This document shows positions 37,263 to 46,213 of a stretch of DNA of 64,000 bases, in pieces. Position numbers and translations under genes: made by a program. The stretch is taken from positions 687 to 64,686 of the forward strand of contig JASJDL010000001.1 in assembly GCA_030065775.1 (NCBI GenBank), written 5' to 3'. The notes below the pieces were generated by a model. It worked only from the letters and a program-made list of their open reading frames with translations, was not told the origin of the DNA and made no database searches. The number at the start of each line of letters is the position of its first letter. Position 1 is the first letter of the stretch. Source of the stretch: Flavobacteriaceae bacterium (lineage in GTDB: Bacteria; Bacteroidota; Bacteroidia; Flavobacteriales; Flavobacteriaceae).

Positions 37263-39140
37263 ATGAAAAATTTATTTACGAACATCAAAGGTGATGCGTT
37301 TGGTGGTATCACGGCCGGCATTGTTGCATTACCGTTGGCTTTGGCCTTTGGTGTATCATCAGGTTTAGGGCCAAGTGCCGGATTGTATGGTGCTATTTTT
37401 ATTAGCTTTTTTGCTGCTCTTTTTGGTGGCACAAATACCCAAATATCTGGGCCAACCGCACCAATGACCGCCGTAAGTATGGTCATCATCGCCACGATTA
37501 TTGCCGCGAACGATGGTGATGTTAACAAAGCCTTACCCGCAATTTTGGCCATATTCTTGTTAGCCGGATTAATGCAAATTGGACTTGGGGTAATTGGTCT
37601 TGGTAAATATATTCGATATATACCGTATCCTGTAGTCTCCGGTTTTATGACGGCAATTGGTGTCATCATTCTGGTCACACAAATTTTGCCTTCATTGGGA
37701 TATTATCCTAAAGAAGACGCTGAGTATGTCGGTCAGTACAAAGTACAGGCCGAAGAAGTGATATTGGAAAATATTTTGAAAGAGGAAGCAGGAGAAGACA
37801 TTCTGGTACTCGAAGATTTTCAAGAAACCATTAACAGGGCGAGTCAGGTTACCGAAGCTGATATCTTGAAGGAATCGCAGACCTTAGCTGCGAAGGATGC
37901 CTCCGGTGTTGTTGGTGCTCTTAAAGTCTTACCGAGAGCACTTCAAAATATTAGTTGGTTAGAAGTAGTACTGGCATTAGGTACAATCATTATAATTTAT
38001 GGCTTTAAGCGTATAACAACCGTGGTGCCCAGTACCCTGGTAGCGCTATTGGTAATGACAGGTATCGCCATTGGCTTTGGCCTGGATTACCGCCCTATTG
38101 AGAAAATCCCTGAAGGCTTGCCCAAATTCAGAATGGATATTTTTACAGGGTTCAGCCTAGGAAGCATTACTCCATATTTCTTTACGGCATTGACCCTGGC
38201 CTTGTTAGGAGCTATAGACTCTTTATTGACGAGTGTAGTGGCAGATAACATGACCAAGACCAAGCATAAACCCGATAAAGAATTGGTAGGTCAAGGTATT
38301 GGAAATAGTGTTGCTGCTCTCTTTGGCGGAATACCCGGAGCAGGTGCAACGATTCGTACGGTCGTAAACATTAATTCTGGTGGTAAAACCAGATTGTCAG
38401 GTATGATTGCCGGTCTATTATTATTTGTCATCTTATTGGCAATTGCTCCTTTGGCTTCCAGAATCCCGGCGGCTGTTCTGGCCGGAATCTTAATAACGGT
38501 TGGGATCGGTGTGATGGATTATAAAGGATTACGCGCTATTCCGGCATTACCTAAGGATGGTAAAATTGGCCCGTTCAAATTCAGTATGGAAGTTGTTATT
38601 ATGTTGGTAGTGTTGATTCTTTCTACGTTCTGGAACCTGGTATACGCTGTGGGTATCGGATTGGTCATTGCATCTTTAATGTTCATGAAGAAAATCGGTG
38701 ATTTGACTGCAGAACGCTCTGACGTAAAAACACTGAAAAAGGAGAGATTCTGGAAAGACGAAGAAGATTTTCCAGAAGAGTACAAAGAAAAAGTGTTCAT
38801 CAAACATATTAAAGGGCCCTTATTTTTTGGTTCTACCAGTGACTTCCAGGCATTAGCACAACAAATACCCGCGACAGCTAACACCGTAATTATGCGATTA
38901 GACCGTATGCAGTATATGGATCAGTCAGGCCTCTATGCCATGGAAGACATGCTGTTAGATTTAAGGAAAAAAGAAGTTGAAGCCCTCTTCGTTGGAATGC
39001 TACCCCAACCAAGATATATGATGGAACGCATTGATATTATTCCTGATTTTATACCCGAAGAACACATTTTCGAAACTTTTGATGAATGTGTTGCTTGGAT
39101 TAAAGAAAATATAAATAACAATAAGAATAACAATAAGTAA
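37263..39140 (+). CDS. SulP family transporter, BicA-like, with STAS domain
   Basis: GD.FGGITAGIVALPLALAFG, QISGPTAPM, GAGATIRTVVN, GPLFFG. Confidence 0.92.
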   Translation: MKNLFTNIKGDAFGGITAGIVALPLALAFGVSSGLGPSAGLYGAIFISFFAALFGGTNTQISGPTAPMTAVSMVIIATIIAANDGDVNKALPAILAIFLLAGLMQIGLGVIGLGKYIRYIPYPVVSGFMTAIGVIILVTQILPSLGYYPKEDAEYVGQYKVQAEEVILENILKEEAGEDILVLEDFQETINRASQVTEADILKESQTLAAKDASGVVGALKVLPRALQNISWLEVVLALGTIIIIYGFKRITTVVPSTLVALLVMTGIAIGFGLDYRPIEKIPEGLPKFRMDIFTGFSLGSITPYFFTALTLALLGAIDSLLTSVVADNMTKTKHKPDKELVGQGIGNSVAALFGGIPGAGATIRTVVNINSGGKTRLSGMIAGLLLFVILLAIAPLASRIPAAVLAGILITVGIGVMDYKGLRAIPALPKDGKIGPFKFSMEVVIMLVVLILSTFWNLVYAVGIGLVIASLMFMKKIGDLTAERSDVKTLKKERFWKDEEDFPEEYKEKVFIKHIKGPLFFGSTSDFQALAQQIPATANTVIMRLDRMQYMDQSGLYAMEDMLLDLRKKEVEALFVGMLPQPRYMMERIDIIPDFIPEEHIFETFDECVAWIKENINNNKNNNK

Positions 39141-39144
39141 AACT

Positions 39145-39780
39145 ATGGCAACAAAAAATATAGCAATAACAAAAGATATGCAGGCGGCTTTAACACCATC
39201 GGCCGTTTTGCAAGATTTATTAGAAGGTAATAATCGATTTACAAGCGGCAGTTCAGATACTCTTGACAATGCGTCCTTGATCAGCCAAACAACCGGGGGG
39301 CAATTTCCCAAGGCCGTGATCTTATCATGTATTGATTCGCGTGTTCCTGTTGAAACAGTTTTTGATCAGGCGATAGGTGATATTTTCGTAGCACGTGTGG
39401 CAGGAAATTTTGAAAATACCGATATCTTAGGTAGTATGGAATATTCTTGCAAAGTAGCCGGAAGTAAATTAGTGCTTGTACTGGGTCATGAGGCATGTGG
39501 TGCTGTAAAGGCCGCATGTGACGGTGTGGAGCTTGGAAATATTACTGCTTTATTGAGTAATATATTACCGGCTGTTAAAGTATCGTCTGATCAGGTTGAT
39601 GGAGAATTGAATTCATCAAATTCAACATTTGTCGCCAAAACCGTTGAGAATAATGTGAAGCTCACCATAGAAAGGATACGAGAAAAGAGCCCTATTCTTA
39701 AAGAAATGGAAGCCAATGGAGAAATTGAAATCGTTGGTGGCGTTTACAGTTTACAGACCGGTAAAGTTGAAATGCTTTAA
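39145..39780 (+). CDS. Beta-class carbonic anhydrase
   Basis: LSCIDSRVP, RVAGN and GHEACGAV zinc ligands. Confidence 0.95.
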   Translation: MATKNIAITKDMQAALTPSAVLQDLLEGNNRFTSGSSDTLDNASLISQTTGGQFPKAVILSCIDSRVPVETVFDQAIGDIFVARVAGNFENTDILGSMEYSCKVAGSKLVLVLGHEACGAVKAACDGVELGNITALLSNILPAVKVSSDQVDGELNSSNSTFVAKTVENNVKLTIERIREKSPILKEMEANGEIEIVGGVYSLQTGKVEML

Positions 39781-39805
39781 GATATTGTTTTAATATTGGT
39801 TAAAT

Positions 39806-39830
39806 GCCACTCGCAAGAGTGGCTTTTTTT
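39806..39830 (+). terminator. Intrinsic terminator after carbonic anhydrase
   Basis: GCCACTC-GCAA-GAGTGGC-TTTTTTT. Confidence 0.9.
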
Positions 39831-39889
39831 ATGCTTGTTATTAGGAATTTTAAAAGCTGTGTTGTTTTTATAGTATAACAGCAAACAAA

Positions 39890-40036
39890 ATGAAAAAAAT
39901 TCTTAAAAAATCTGCTTCAATCGTCATCAACGGAACCACTATGATACCGCTCATGGTATTCCTATTATTTACCAATCAAAATAAAGAATTAGATAGGTTA
40001 ATCAGTATTCTAAAGGCGAGTGTAGAAGTACATTAA
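39890..40036 (+). CDS. Candidate small membrane protein, 48 aa
   Basis: MKKILKKSASIVINGTTMIPLMVFLLFTNQ...VEVH*, A-rich context before the ATG. Confidence 0.35.
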   Translation: MKKILKKSASIVINGTTMIPLMVFLLFTNQNKELDRLISILKASVEVH

Positions 40037-40845
40037 AAACTCCACTTCTTATAGTCAGCGCTTTTTTCTAGCTGTTTTTCGATATCATCTGATAGGGCAG
40101 GGAAAAAGTCTATTCCTGTTATGGTTTCTATCTTATCAATAGAAACTACAAACTCGTATAGTGGTTTTTTAGATTCTTCATGCGGCACTAAAAAAGCGAT
40201 TGCCTTTATCCCTGGTTCAGAATAATCCAATAATATTTTATAATAACTTTTCGGTACTGCCACTTTTTCGTGACCAATGGTTGCAAGCCCATCTTCCAGA
40301 ACACCGCCTGTAATCACGTATAAATGCCGCTCCTTCCCAACCCAATAACGTACTTTTTGTTCTAGCCGATTCCAGACACCACCATTAAAACCAGGTTTTT
40401 GAGGTGAAATATTTGAAGTCAAAAATGTATTGTCATAGGCTTTTTTGGAGAATTTTCGATCGCCGGCCGGTAAAAGATGTCCTTTACTATAGCCAGAATT
40501 TTTGTAATTCCCCCAATGAGCCGATTTGGTCTTTACCTTTTTATCAGGTTCGAACAGGGGGCGCTTCCTGTTTATTCGTGATAGATGCTCTTTTTTCAGT
40601 TCATAAGCTACCCATTCTGCCTGCTCATGGGGTTCACTATAAGAAAGGGTGTAATAATCGTGCTTTACGATTTGATTGGTGGTTGAAGTCGGCAAAAAAT
40701 TAAAATGACTTCCTGGCCTTTTTTCCGCTTCAGCAGAATCAGGACTACTATAAACGGCTTCATTGCTCGACGTTGGAACTATAAAATATAAAATAGCCGC
40801 TACAAGGAGGATGAGTACCGGATACGCGATGGCTTTATTTTTCAA
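40033..40845 (-). CDS. DNA/RNA non-specific endonuclease (NucA/EndA-like)
   Basis: SGYSKGHL.PAGD, SNISPQ..FN.G.W..LE, VPK.YYK. Confidence 0.92.
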   Translation of the reverse strand: MKNKAIAYPVLILLVAAILYFIVPTSSNEAVYSSPDSAEAEKRPGSHFNFLPTSTTNQIVKHDYYTLSYSEPHEQAEWVAYELKKEHLSRINRKRPLFEPDKKVKTKSAHWGNYKNSGYSKGHLLPAGDRKFSKKAYDNTFLTSNISPQKPGFNGGVWNRLEQKVRYWVGKERHLYVITGGVLEDGLATIGHEKVAVPKSYYKILLDYSEPGIKAIAFLVPHEESKKPLYEFVVSIDKIETITGIDFFPALSDDIEKQLEKSADYKKWSF

Positions 40846-41294
40846 ACCTTTTTTGATTTGAGTTCGATTTCTTCGAAATCTTCAGTGCGCTCTAACGAAT
40901 TAAACATAGAAAGAATGTCAATTGGAGGCACTGTTAATTTTCGTTTTTCTAAGTCTAGCCAAGCCGCATAAATAGCTATTTCGGCAGCCAATACACCATC
41001 TTCACGGTATAGGCGATGAATCATTTTAAAACGTTCTCCATTTTGTGATAGCCCGGAAAGACGTAAATCAATGCTTAATTGTTCACCTAATTTTATTTCT
41101 CTATAAAAGGTGGTGCTTTCTGTAAAAAGAATAGGTCCGAAATTATGTTCTTCGAATTTTGATGCAGGTAATCCATTTTCATTAAAAAACCGAATTCTAC
41201 ATTCGGCAGCGTAATCATTGTAGGCCGTATGGCGCATATGTTTATTCGCATCAAAATCAGCCCACTTGGTGTGGAAATTAATTTTGTAAGACAT
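40842..41294 (-). CDS. Acyl-CoA thioesterase (hot-dog fold)
   Basis: W.DFDAN.HMRH.AY.D 4HBT-like motif. Confidence 0.88.
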   Translation of the reverse strand: MSYKINFHTKWADFDANKHMRHTAYNDYAAECRIRFFNENGLPASKFEEHNFGPILFTESTTFYREIKLGEQLSIDLRLSGLSQNGERFKMIHRLYREDGVLAAEIAIYAAWLDLEKRKLTVPPIDILSMFNSLERTEDFEEIELKSKKV

Positions 41295-42490
41295 TAATTC
41301 AATACTTCTTTAATTCGCTTGAAGGCTTCTTTCAATTCTTCTGTGGAGGCGGCGTATGATATTCTGATATTATTTGGCGCACCGAAAGCATCACCTGTCA
41401 CCGTAGCCACATGCGCTTTTTCCAACAAGAATAGAGAAAAGTCAGTAGCATTGTTAATGGTATAGCCTGCAATTGTTTTTCCAAAGAAAGAGGAAACATC
41501 AGGAAATACATAAAAAGCACCGCTCGGGGTATTCGCGGTAATACCATCAATCGCATCGATTAGGTTTAATACCAGGTCTCTTCGCTCTTTGAATTCATCA
41601 ACCATGTACTGTATGTTGGCAACCGGGGCATCAACAGCAGTAATCGTAGCCCGCTGTGCGATACAATTGGCACCAGAAGTAACTTGTCCTTGCATTTTTG
41701 TACATGCCTTAGCAATCCAGGCAGGGGCACCGATATAGCCAATTCGCCAACCCGTCATGGCAAATGCCTTGGCCACACCATTAACGGTAATAGTTCTGTC
41801 ATACATGCTGTCTATTTTAGCGAAGCTAAAGGTGGGTTGGCCATAATTGATATGCTCGTAGATTTCATCTGACAGGATGTAGATATTAGGATGCTTCTCC
41901 AAAACCCTTGCCAAAGCCCTGTATTCTTGTTCGGTGTATGAAGACCCGCTCGGATTATTCGGTGAATTAAAGAAGATCATTTTGGTTCGAGGAGTGATGG
42001 TAGCCTCCAATTGTTCGGGTGTGATTTTAAAATCTGTTTCAATTGAAGAAGGAATCTCAATATATGTCGCTTCTGCTAAGGTCGCTATAGCAGAATAACT
42101 CACCCAATAAGGTGCAGGGAGAAGTACTTCATCTCCCTTGTTAAGCAAAACCATAGCTACATTCGCAATAGATTGTTTGGCGCCTGTTGACACAACAATC
42201 TGACTTTGATCATATGTTAAACCGTTATCACGTTTGAACTTTCTGCAAATGGCTTCCCGCAATTCTAAATATCCGTTTACCGGCGTATAAGAGTTATAAT
42301 TTTCATCGATCGCATGCTTGGCGGCATCCTTAATAAAATCGGGGGTATTAAAATCAGGTTCACCTAAACTCAAACTGATAATATCTTTGCCTTCAGCTCG
42401 TAATTCTCGAGCCTTTGCGGCCATGGCCAAAGTTTGAGAAGTGGGTAGGTTATTAATGCGTTCTGAAAGTTGTTCTTGCAAAGTGATCAT
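41294..42490 (-). CDS. aspC: Aspartate aminotransferase-like class I PLP aminotransferase
   Basis: GEPDF, NSPNNPSG, SDEIY, AKAFAMTGWRIG. Confidence 0.88.
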   Translation of the reverse strand: MITLQEQLSERINNLPTSQTLAMAAKARELRAEGKDIISLSLGEPDFNTPDFIKDAAKHAIDENYNSYTPVNGYLELREAICRKFKRDNGLTYDQSQIVVSTGAKQSIANVAMVLLNKGDEVLLPAPYWVSYSAIATLAEATYIEIPSSIETDFKITPEQLEATITPRTKMIFFNSPNNPSGSSYTEQEYRALARVLEKHPNIYILSDEIYEHINYGQPTFSFAKIDSMYDRTITVNGVAKAFAMTGWRIGYIGAPAWIAKACTKMQGQVTSGANCIAQRATITAVDAPVANIQYMVDEFKERRDLVLNLIDAIDGITANTPSGAFYVFPDVSSFFGKTIAGYTINNATDFSLFLLEKAHVATVTGDAFGAPNNIRISYAASTEELKEAFKRIKEVLN

Positions 42491-42606
42491 TACATAAATT
42501 TAGATGTCAAAAGTAAAAATTTATGCTCTAAATTCACCGAAAGAAAAAGACTTTTACAACCTGAATGCGCTAAATCAAACGAATTCTTTGGAAATGTGAA
42601 ATTTGA

Positions 42607-43707
42607 TCAAGCAATTACAGGCTTTCTCCCTAATTCAGCTAGCATTCTAAAGTGTGACGCAATAGCAGCGCGCGTCGTTGCATACTCATAATAAGGTAAG
42701 TTGAATTCTAGCGCCGTTCTCTTAACGATTTTCGCAAGATCTTTATAGTGTATATGGCTAATATGAGAGAATAAATGGTGTTCAATCTGCCTGTTCAGCC
42801 CACCGGTAAACCAACTAACAATTTTATTCTTCGGAGCGAAATTCGCAGTTGTTAATAACTGATGAATTGCCCAGGTATTTTTCATATTACCCTGTTCATC
42901 TGGTAGTGGCATTTGTGTTTCAGGCATAATGTGCGCTAATTGAAATGTAATGCTCAATATTAAGCCTGCTACGTAATGCATCACAAAAAAGCCGATTAAA
43001 ATTTTCCACCAGGCTAAATTGAGTACGAGAATAGGAACGACAATCCAGATTAGCACATATAATGCTTTAGAAATAGCAAGAATGGTCCAGTTTTTTACTG
43101 GGCTTGGAAATTTACCATAGGACAATCCACGTTTCATATACTGGTACATCTGTTTAAAATCAGTAGTGATGGCCCAATTGATTGTCAGCAGGCCGTATAA
43201 TAAAACAGAATAATATTGTTGATATTTATGCATAGAATGCCACTCTGCATGTTTCGAAAATCGTATGATCCTGCCCGCATCCATGTCTTCATCATGACCG
43301 TGAATATTGGTATAGGTATGATGAAGCACATTATGCTGTACTTTCCAATTGTATACATTTCCGGCAAGGATATAAATACTGCTTCCCATTAAATCATTGA
43401 CCCATTGCCTGCTTGAAAAGGAGCCATGATTACCATCATGCATAACGTTCATACCAACTCCTGCCATTCCAATTCCAATAACAACCGTAAGCAATAGCAA
43501 CAACCATTGATTCATATCTATGGTCAAGATCAAAAAATAAGGTGTCAGAAAAATGGAGAACATGATTACTGTTTTAAGATACAGTTTCCAGTTTCCGGTT
43601 TTTTTGATATTCTTTTCTTTAAAATAGGTGTTGATACGTTTATTAAGTGTTCTAAAAAATTTTGTAGAATCTACACGGGAGAATTTTACAGAGATATTAT
43701 TTGACAT
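42607..43707 (-). CDS. Acyl-CoA/fatty acid desaturase
   Basis: His boxes HDGNH, HNVLHH and QIEHH. Confidence 0.92.
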   Translation of the reverse strand: MSNNISVKFSRVDSTKFFRTLNKRINTYFKEKNIKKTGNWKLYLKTVIMFSIFLTPYFLILTIDMNQWLLLLLTVVIGIGMAGVGMNVMHDGNHGSFSSRQWVNDLMGSSIYILAGNVYNWKVQHNVLHHTYTNIHGHDEDMDAGRIIRFSKHAEWHSMHKYQQYYSVLLYGLLTINWAITTDFKQMYQYMKRGLSYGKFPSPVKNWTILAISKALYVLIWIVVPILVLNLAWWKILIGFFVMHYVAGLILSITFQLAHIMPETQMPLPDEQGNMKNTWAIHQLLTTANFAPKNKIVSWFTGGLNRQIEHHLFSHISHIHYKDLAKIVKRTALEFNLPYYEYATTRAAIASHFRMLAELGRKPVIA

Positions 43708-43818
43708 ATGACGTTGTCTTTTTATAAGGCGTAAAAATAAGTCATTTACAAAAACAATGACGTTTCAAGGCCTAATTTATACATTTTTTAACAGGAAGCC
43801 TTAGTTTTGCACCTTAAA

Positions 43819-44448
43819 ATGGATTTAATAGAAAAATACTTCGACTGGCTAAGCAAAGAACAATTACAGCAATTTTCGGCTTTAGAAGCATTATATAGGT
43901 ATTGGAATGCACAAATTAATGTGATTTCAAGAAAGGATATCGATGAGCTCTATTTACGGCATGTGCTGCATGCACTCGGTATTGCTAAAGTACAAGAGTT
44001 TCATGCAGGTTCAAAGATATTAGATGTTGGTACTGGTGGAGGTTTCCCCGGGATTCCATTGGCAATTCTATTTCCACAAGCAAGTTTTTATCTCGTTGAT
44101 TCCATTGGTAAAAAAATTAAAGTGGTCAATGAAGTTATCGCTGCTCTAGGATTAAAAAATGTACAGGCTGAGCACGGACGTGCCGAGAAAGTGAAGGGAG
44201 AATTCGACTTTATCGTTAGCCGAGCTGTGACAACTATGGATGATTTCGTAAAGTGGACGCGCAAAAAAATTGCCAAAAAACAAAACCATGAGCTTGCCAA
44301 TGGTATACTTTATTTAAAAGGTGGTGACCTGACCAAAGAGTTGGCAAATTTTCCGAAAGCAACACTTTTTAATTTATCAGATTATTTTGAAGAAGATTTT
44401 TTTGAAACTAAGAAAGTGGTGCATGTACCTCTAAAATACAAGCCTTAA
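43819..44448 (+). CDS. rsmG: 16S rRNA m7G527 methyltransferase
   Basis: WNAQIN.ISR, LDVGTGGGFPGIPLA, VSRAV. Confidence 0.95.
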   Translation: MDLIEKYFDWLSKEQLQQFSALEALYRYWNAQINVISRKDIDELYLRHVLHALGIAKVQEFHAGSKILDVGTGGGFPGIPLAILFPQASFYLVDSIGKKIKVVNEVIAALGLKNVQAEHGRAEKVKGEFDFIVSRAVTTMDDFVKWTRKKIAKKQNHELANGILYLKGGDLTKELANFPKATLFNLSDYFEEDFFETKKVVHVPLKYKP

Positions 44449-44506
44449 GAATTTTTTCATAAATTGTCGGTTTAAATCTTTTAACTCACTCAAATTAACT
44501 GCAATT

Positions 44507-46162
44507 ATGGATTTCCTCTCTGTGGCCTCATTCGTTGGCTTTACCTTACTTGTGGCTGGAATAGCCTGGTACTCAACAAGAAATACAAATGAAAAATCAG
44601 CCGACGGATATTTTTTAGGAGGCCGAAGCCTCGGAGCTCTAACGATTGCAGGATCACTACTGCTAACGAATTTATCTGCTGAGCAAATTGTAGGACTCAA
44701 CGGACAGGCTTTTACAGAAGGTGTTCTTGTAATGGCCTGGGAAACCCTGGCGGCAATTGCTATTGTAATCTGCGCAATTTTTTTGTTACCAAAGTATATG
44801 AGTCAGGGCATTACCACCATTCCTGAATTTATCGAAAGCAGATTCGATAAACATACGAAAGGCTTATTGTCATTGCTTTTCCTATTTGCATATGGCGTTG
44901 TCTTACTCCCTACTATTTTGTATTCAGGCTCACTAGCCTTTAGCACCATGTTTGATCTCACGGAAGTTTTAGGAATGTCTCAGGGCAATGTCATCGCGAT
45001 ATGTGTATGGAGTATCGGCATTATCGGAATTATTTATGCAATTTATGGGGGGTTAAAGGCTGTAGCCGTTTCTGATTTAATTAATGCCATTGGCCTGCTA
45101 ATAGGTGGATTGTTAATCCCTGTTTTTGGATTGCAATTAATCGGTGATGGAAGTATTTCTGAAGGTTTAACAACCCTTTGGAATAGTAATCCCGATAAAT
45201 TTGAAGCTACCGGAGATGTCACTTCTTCGATACCCTTTGGTACGATTTTCACAGGTATGATGATTGCGCAAATTTATTATTGGGGAACGAATCAATCTAT
45301 TTTGCAACGTGTTTTTGGAGCCAAAAGTTTGAAAGAAGGCCAAAAAGGGATGATGTTGGCCGCTTTAGTTAAGTTTTTAATACCAGTTGTTGTGGTACTT
45401 CCAGGAATTATTGCCTGGCATGTTTTTGAGGGTAATTTGGAGAATGCCGATCAGGCCTATCCTGCACTTGTGAAAAAGGTATTGCCAACAGCATTTATCG
45501 GTTTCTTTGCAGCAGTATTGTTCGGGGCAGTATTGAGTTCTTTTAATAGTTTATTGAATAGTAGTGCTACCCTATTTGGATTTGATTTATACAAACAGTA
45601 TTTCAATAAAGAGGCGAGTGAAGAAGGCACGGTAAAAGCAGGAAAACGATTTGGTTTGGTGATTGCCTTAATTGCGATGCTGATCGCACCTTTTATAGCA
45701 AATGCTCCCGCTGGTTTATTTGATTATATTCAGCGGGCATTAGGTAGTCTAAGTGTACCGATTTTTGCAGTAGTATTTATTGGGGTACTGACCAGGAAAG
45801 TTCCGGCATTAGGTGCTAAGATCGTTTTAATTGGAGGGGTTCTTATGTATTTAACAAGCTTACTCTTTTTGGAGCCTTATTACAGAAGCACTGCGCTCGA
45901 GACAGCGACGTCCAACGGTATTACAGATGCCGGCGCTTTAAAATTGGCAGAAGCAACGGCGTATCCACATTTCCTGCATGTGATGGGAATCTTGTTTGTT
46001 GTTAATATTTTAATCATGTTAATAGTAGGGAAACTCAAACCCAAAACTACTCCATACGAACCAAAACTTACTGATGAAATTAATATTGAACCATGGAAGT
46101 ACACAGTTCTTGCCGGGGTAATAATTACTTTATTGGTATTGAGTACCTATTTGATTTTTTAA
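44507..46162 (+). CDS. Sodium:solute symporter (YidK-like)
   Basis: GYFLGGRSL, LTNLSAEQ.VG, YYWGTNQ.I.QR. Confidence 0.9.
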   Translation: MDFLSVASFVGFTLLVAGIAWYSTRNTNEKSADGYFLGGRSLGALTIAGSLLLTNLSAEQIVGLNGQAFTEGVLVMAWETLAAIAIVICAIFLLPKYMSQGITTIPEFIESRFDKHTKGLLSLLFLFAYGVVLLPTILYSGSLAFSTMFDLTEVLGMSQGNVIAICVWSIGIIGIIYAIYGGLKAVAVSDLINAIGLLIGGLLIPVFGLQLIGDGSISEGLTTLWNSNPDKFEATGDVTSSIPFGTIFTGMMIAQIYYWGTNQSILQRVFGAKSLKEGQKGMMLAALVKFLIPVVVVLPGIIAWHVFEGNLENADQAYPALVKKVLPTAFIGFFAAVLFGAVLSSFNSLLNSSATLFGFDLYKQYFNKEASEEGTVKAGKRFGLVIALIAMLIAPFIANAPAGLFDYIQRALGSLSVPIFAVVFIGVLTRKVPALGAKIVLIGGVLMYLTSLLFLEPYYRSTALETATSNGITDAGALKLAEATAYPHFLHVMGILFVVNILIMLIVGKLKPKTTPYEPKLTDEINIEPWKYTVLAGVIITLLVLSTYLIF

Positions 46163-46182
46163 GTGCCTGTGATCTTAAATAT

Positions 46183-46210
46183 AAAAAAGCCCTCGATTTC
46201 GAGGGCTTTT
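46183..46210. terminator. Bidirectional terminator
   Basis: AAAAAAGCCCTCGA-TT-TCGAGGGCTTTT between convergent genes. Confidence 0.9.
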
Positions 46211-46213
46211 AAT

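Noticed and set aside
39109-39140. AAT/AAC-rich microrepeat at the end of the BicA-like SulP (NINNNKNNNK)
   Set aside because: Short low-complexity tail doubling as the A-rich start context of carbonic anhydrase; no sign of phase variation
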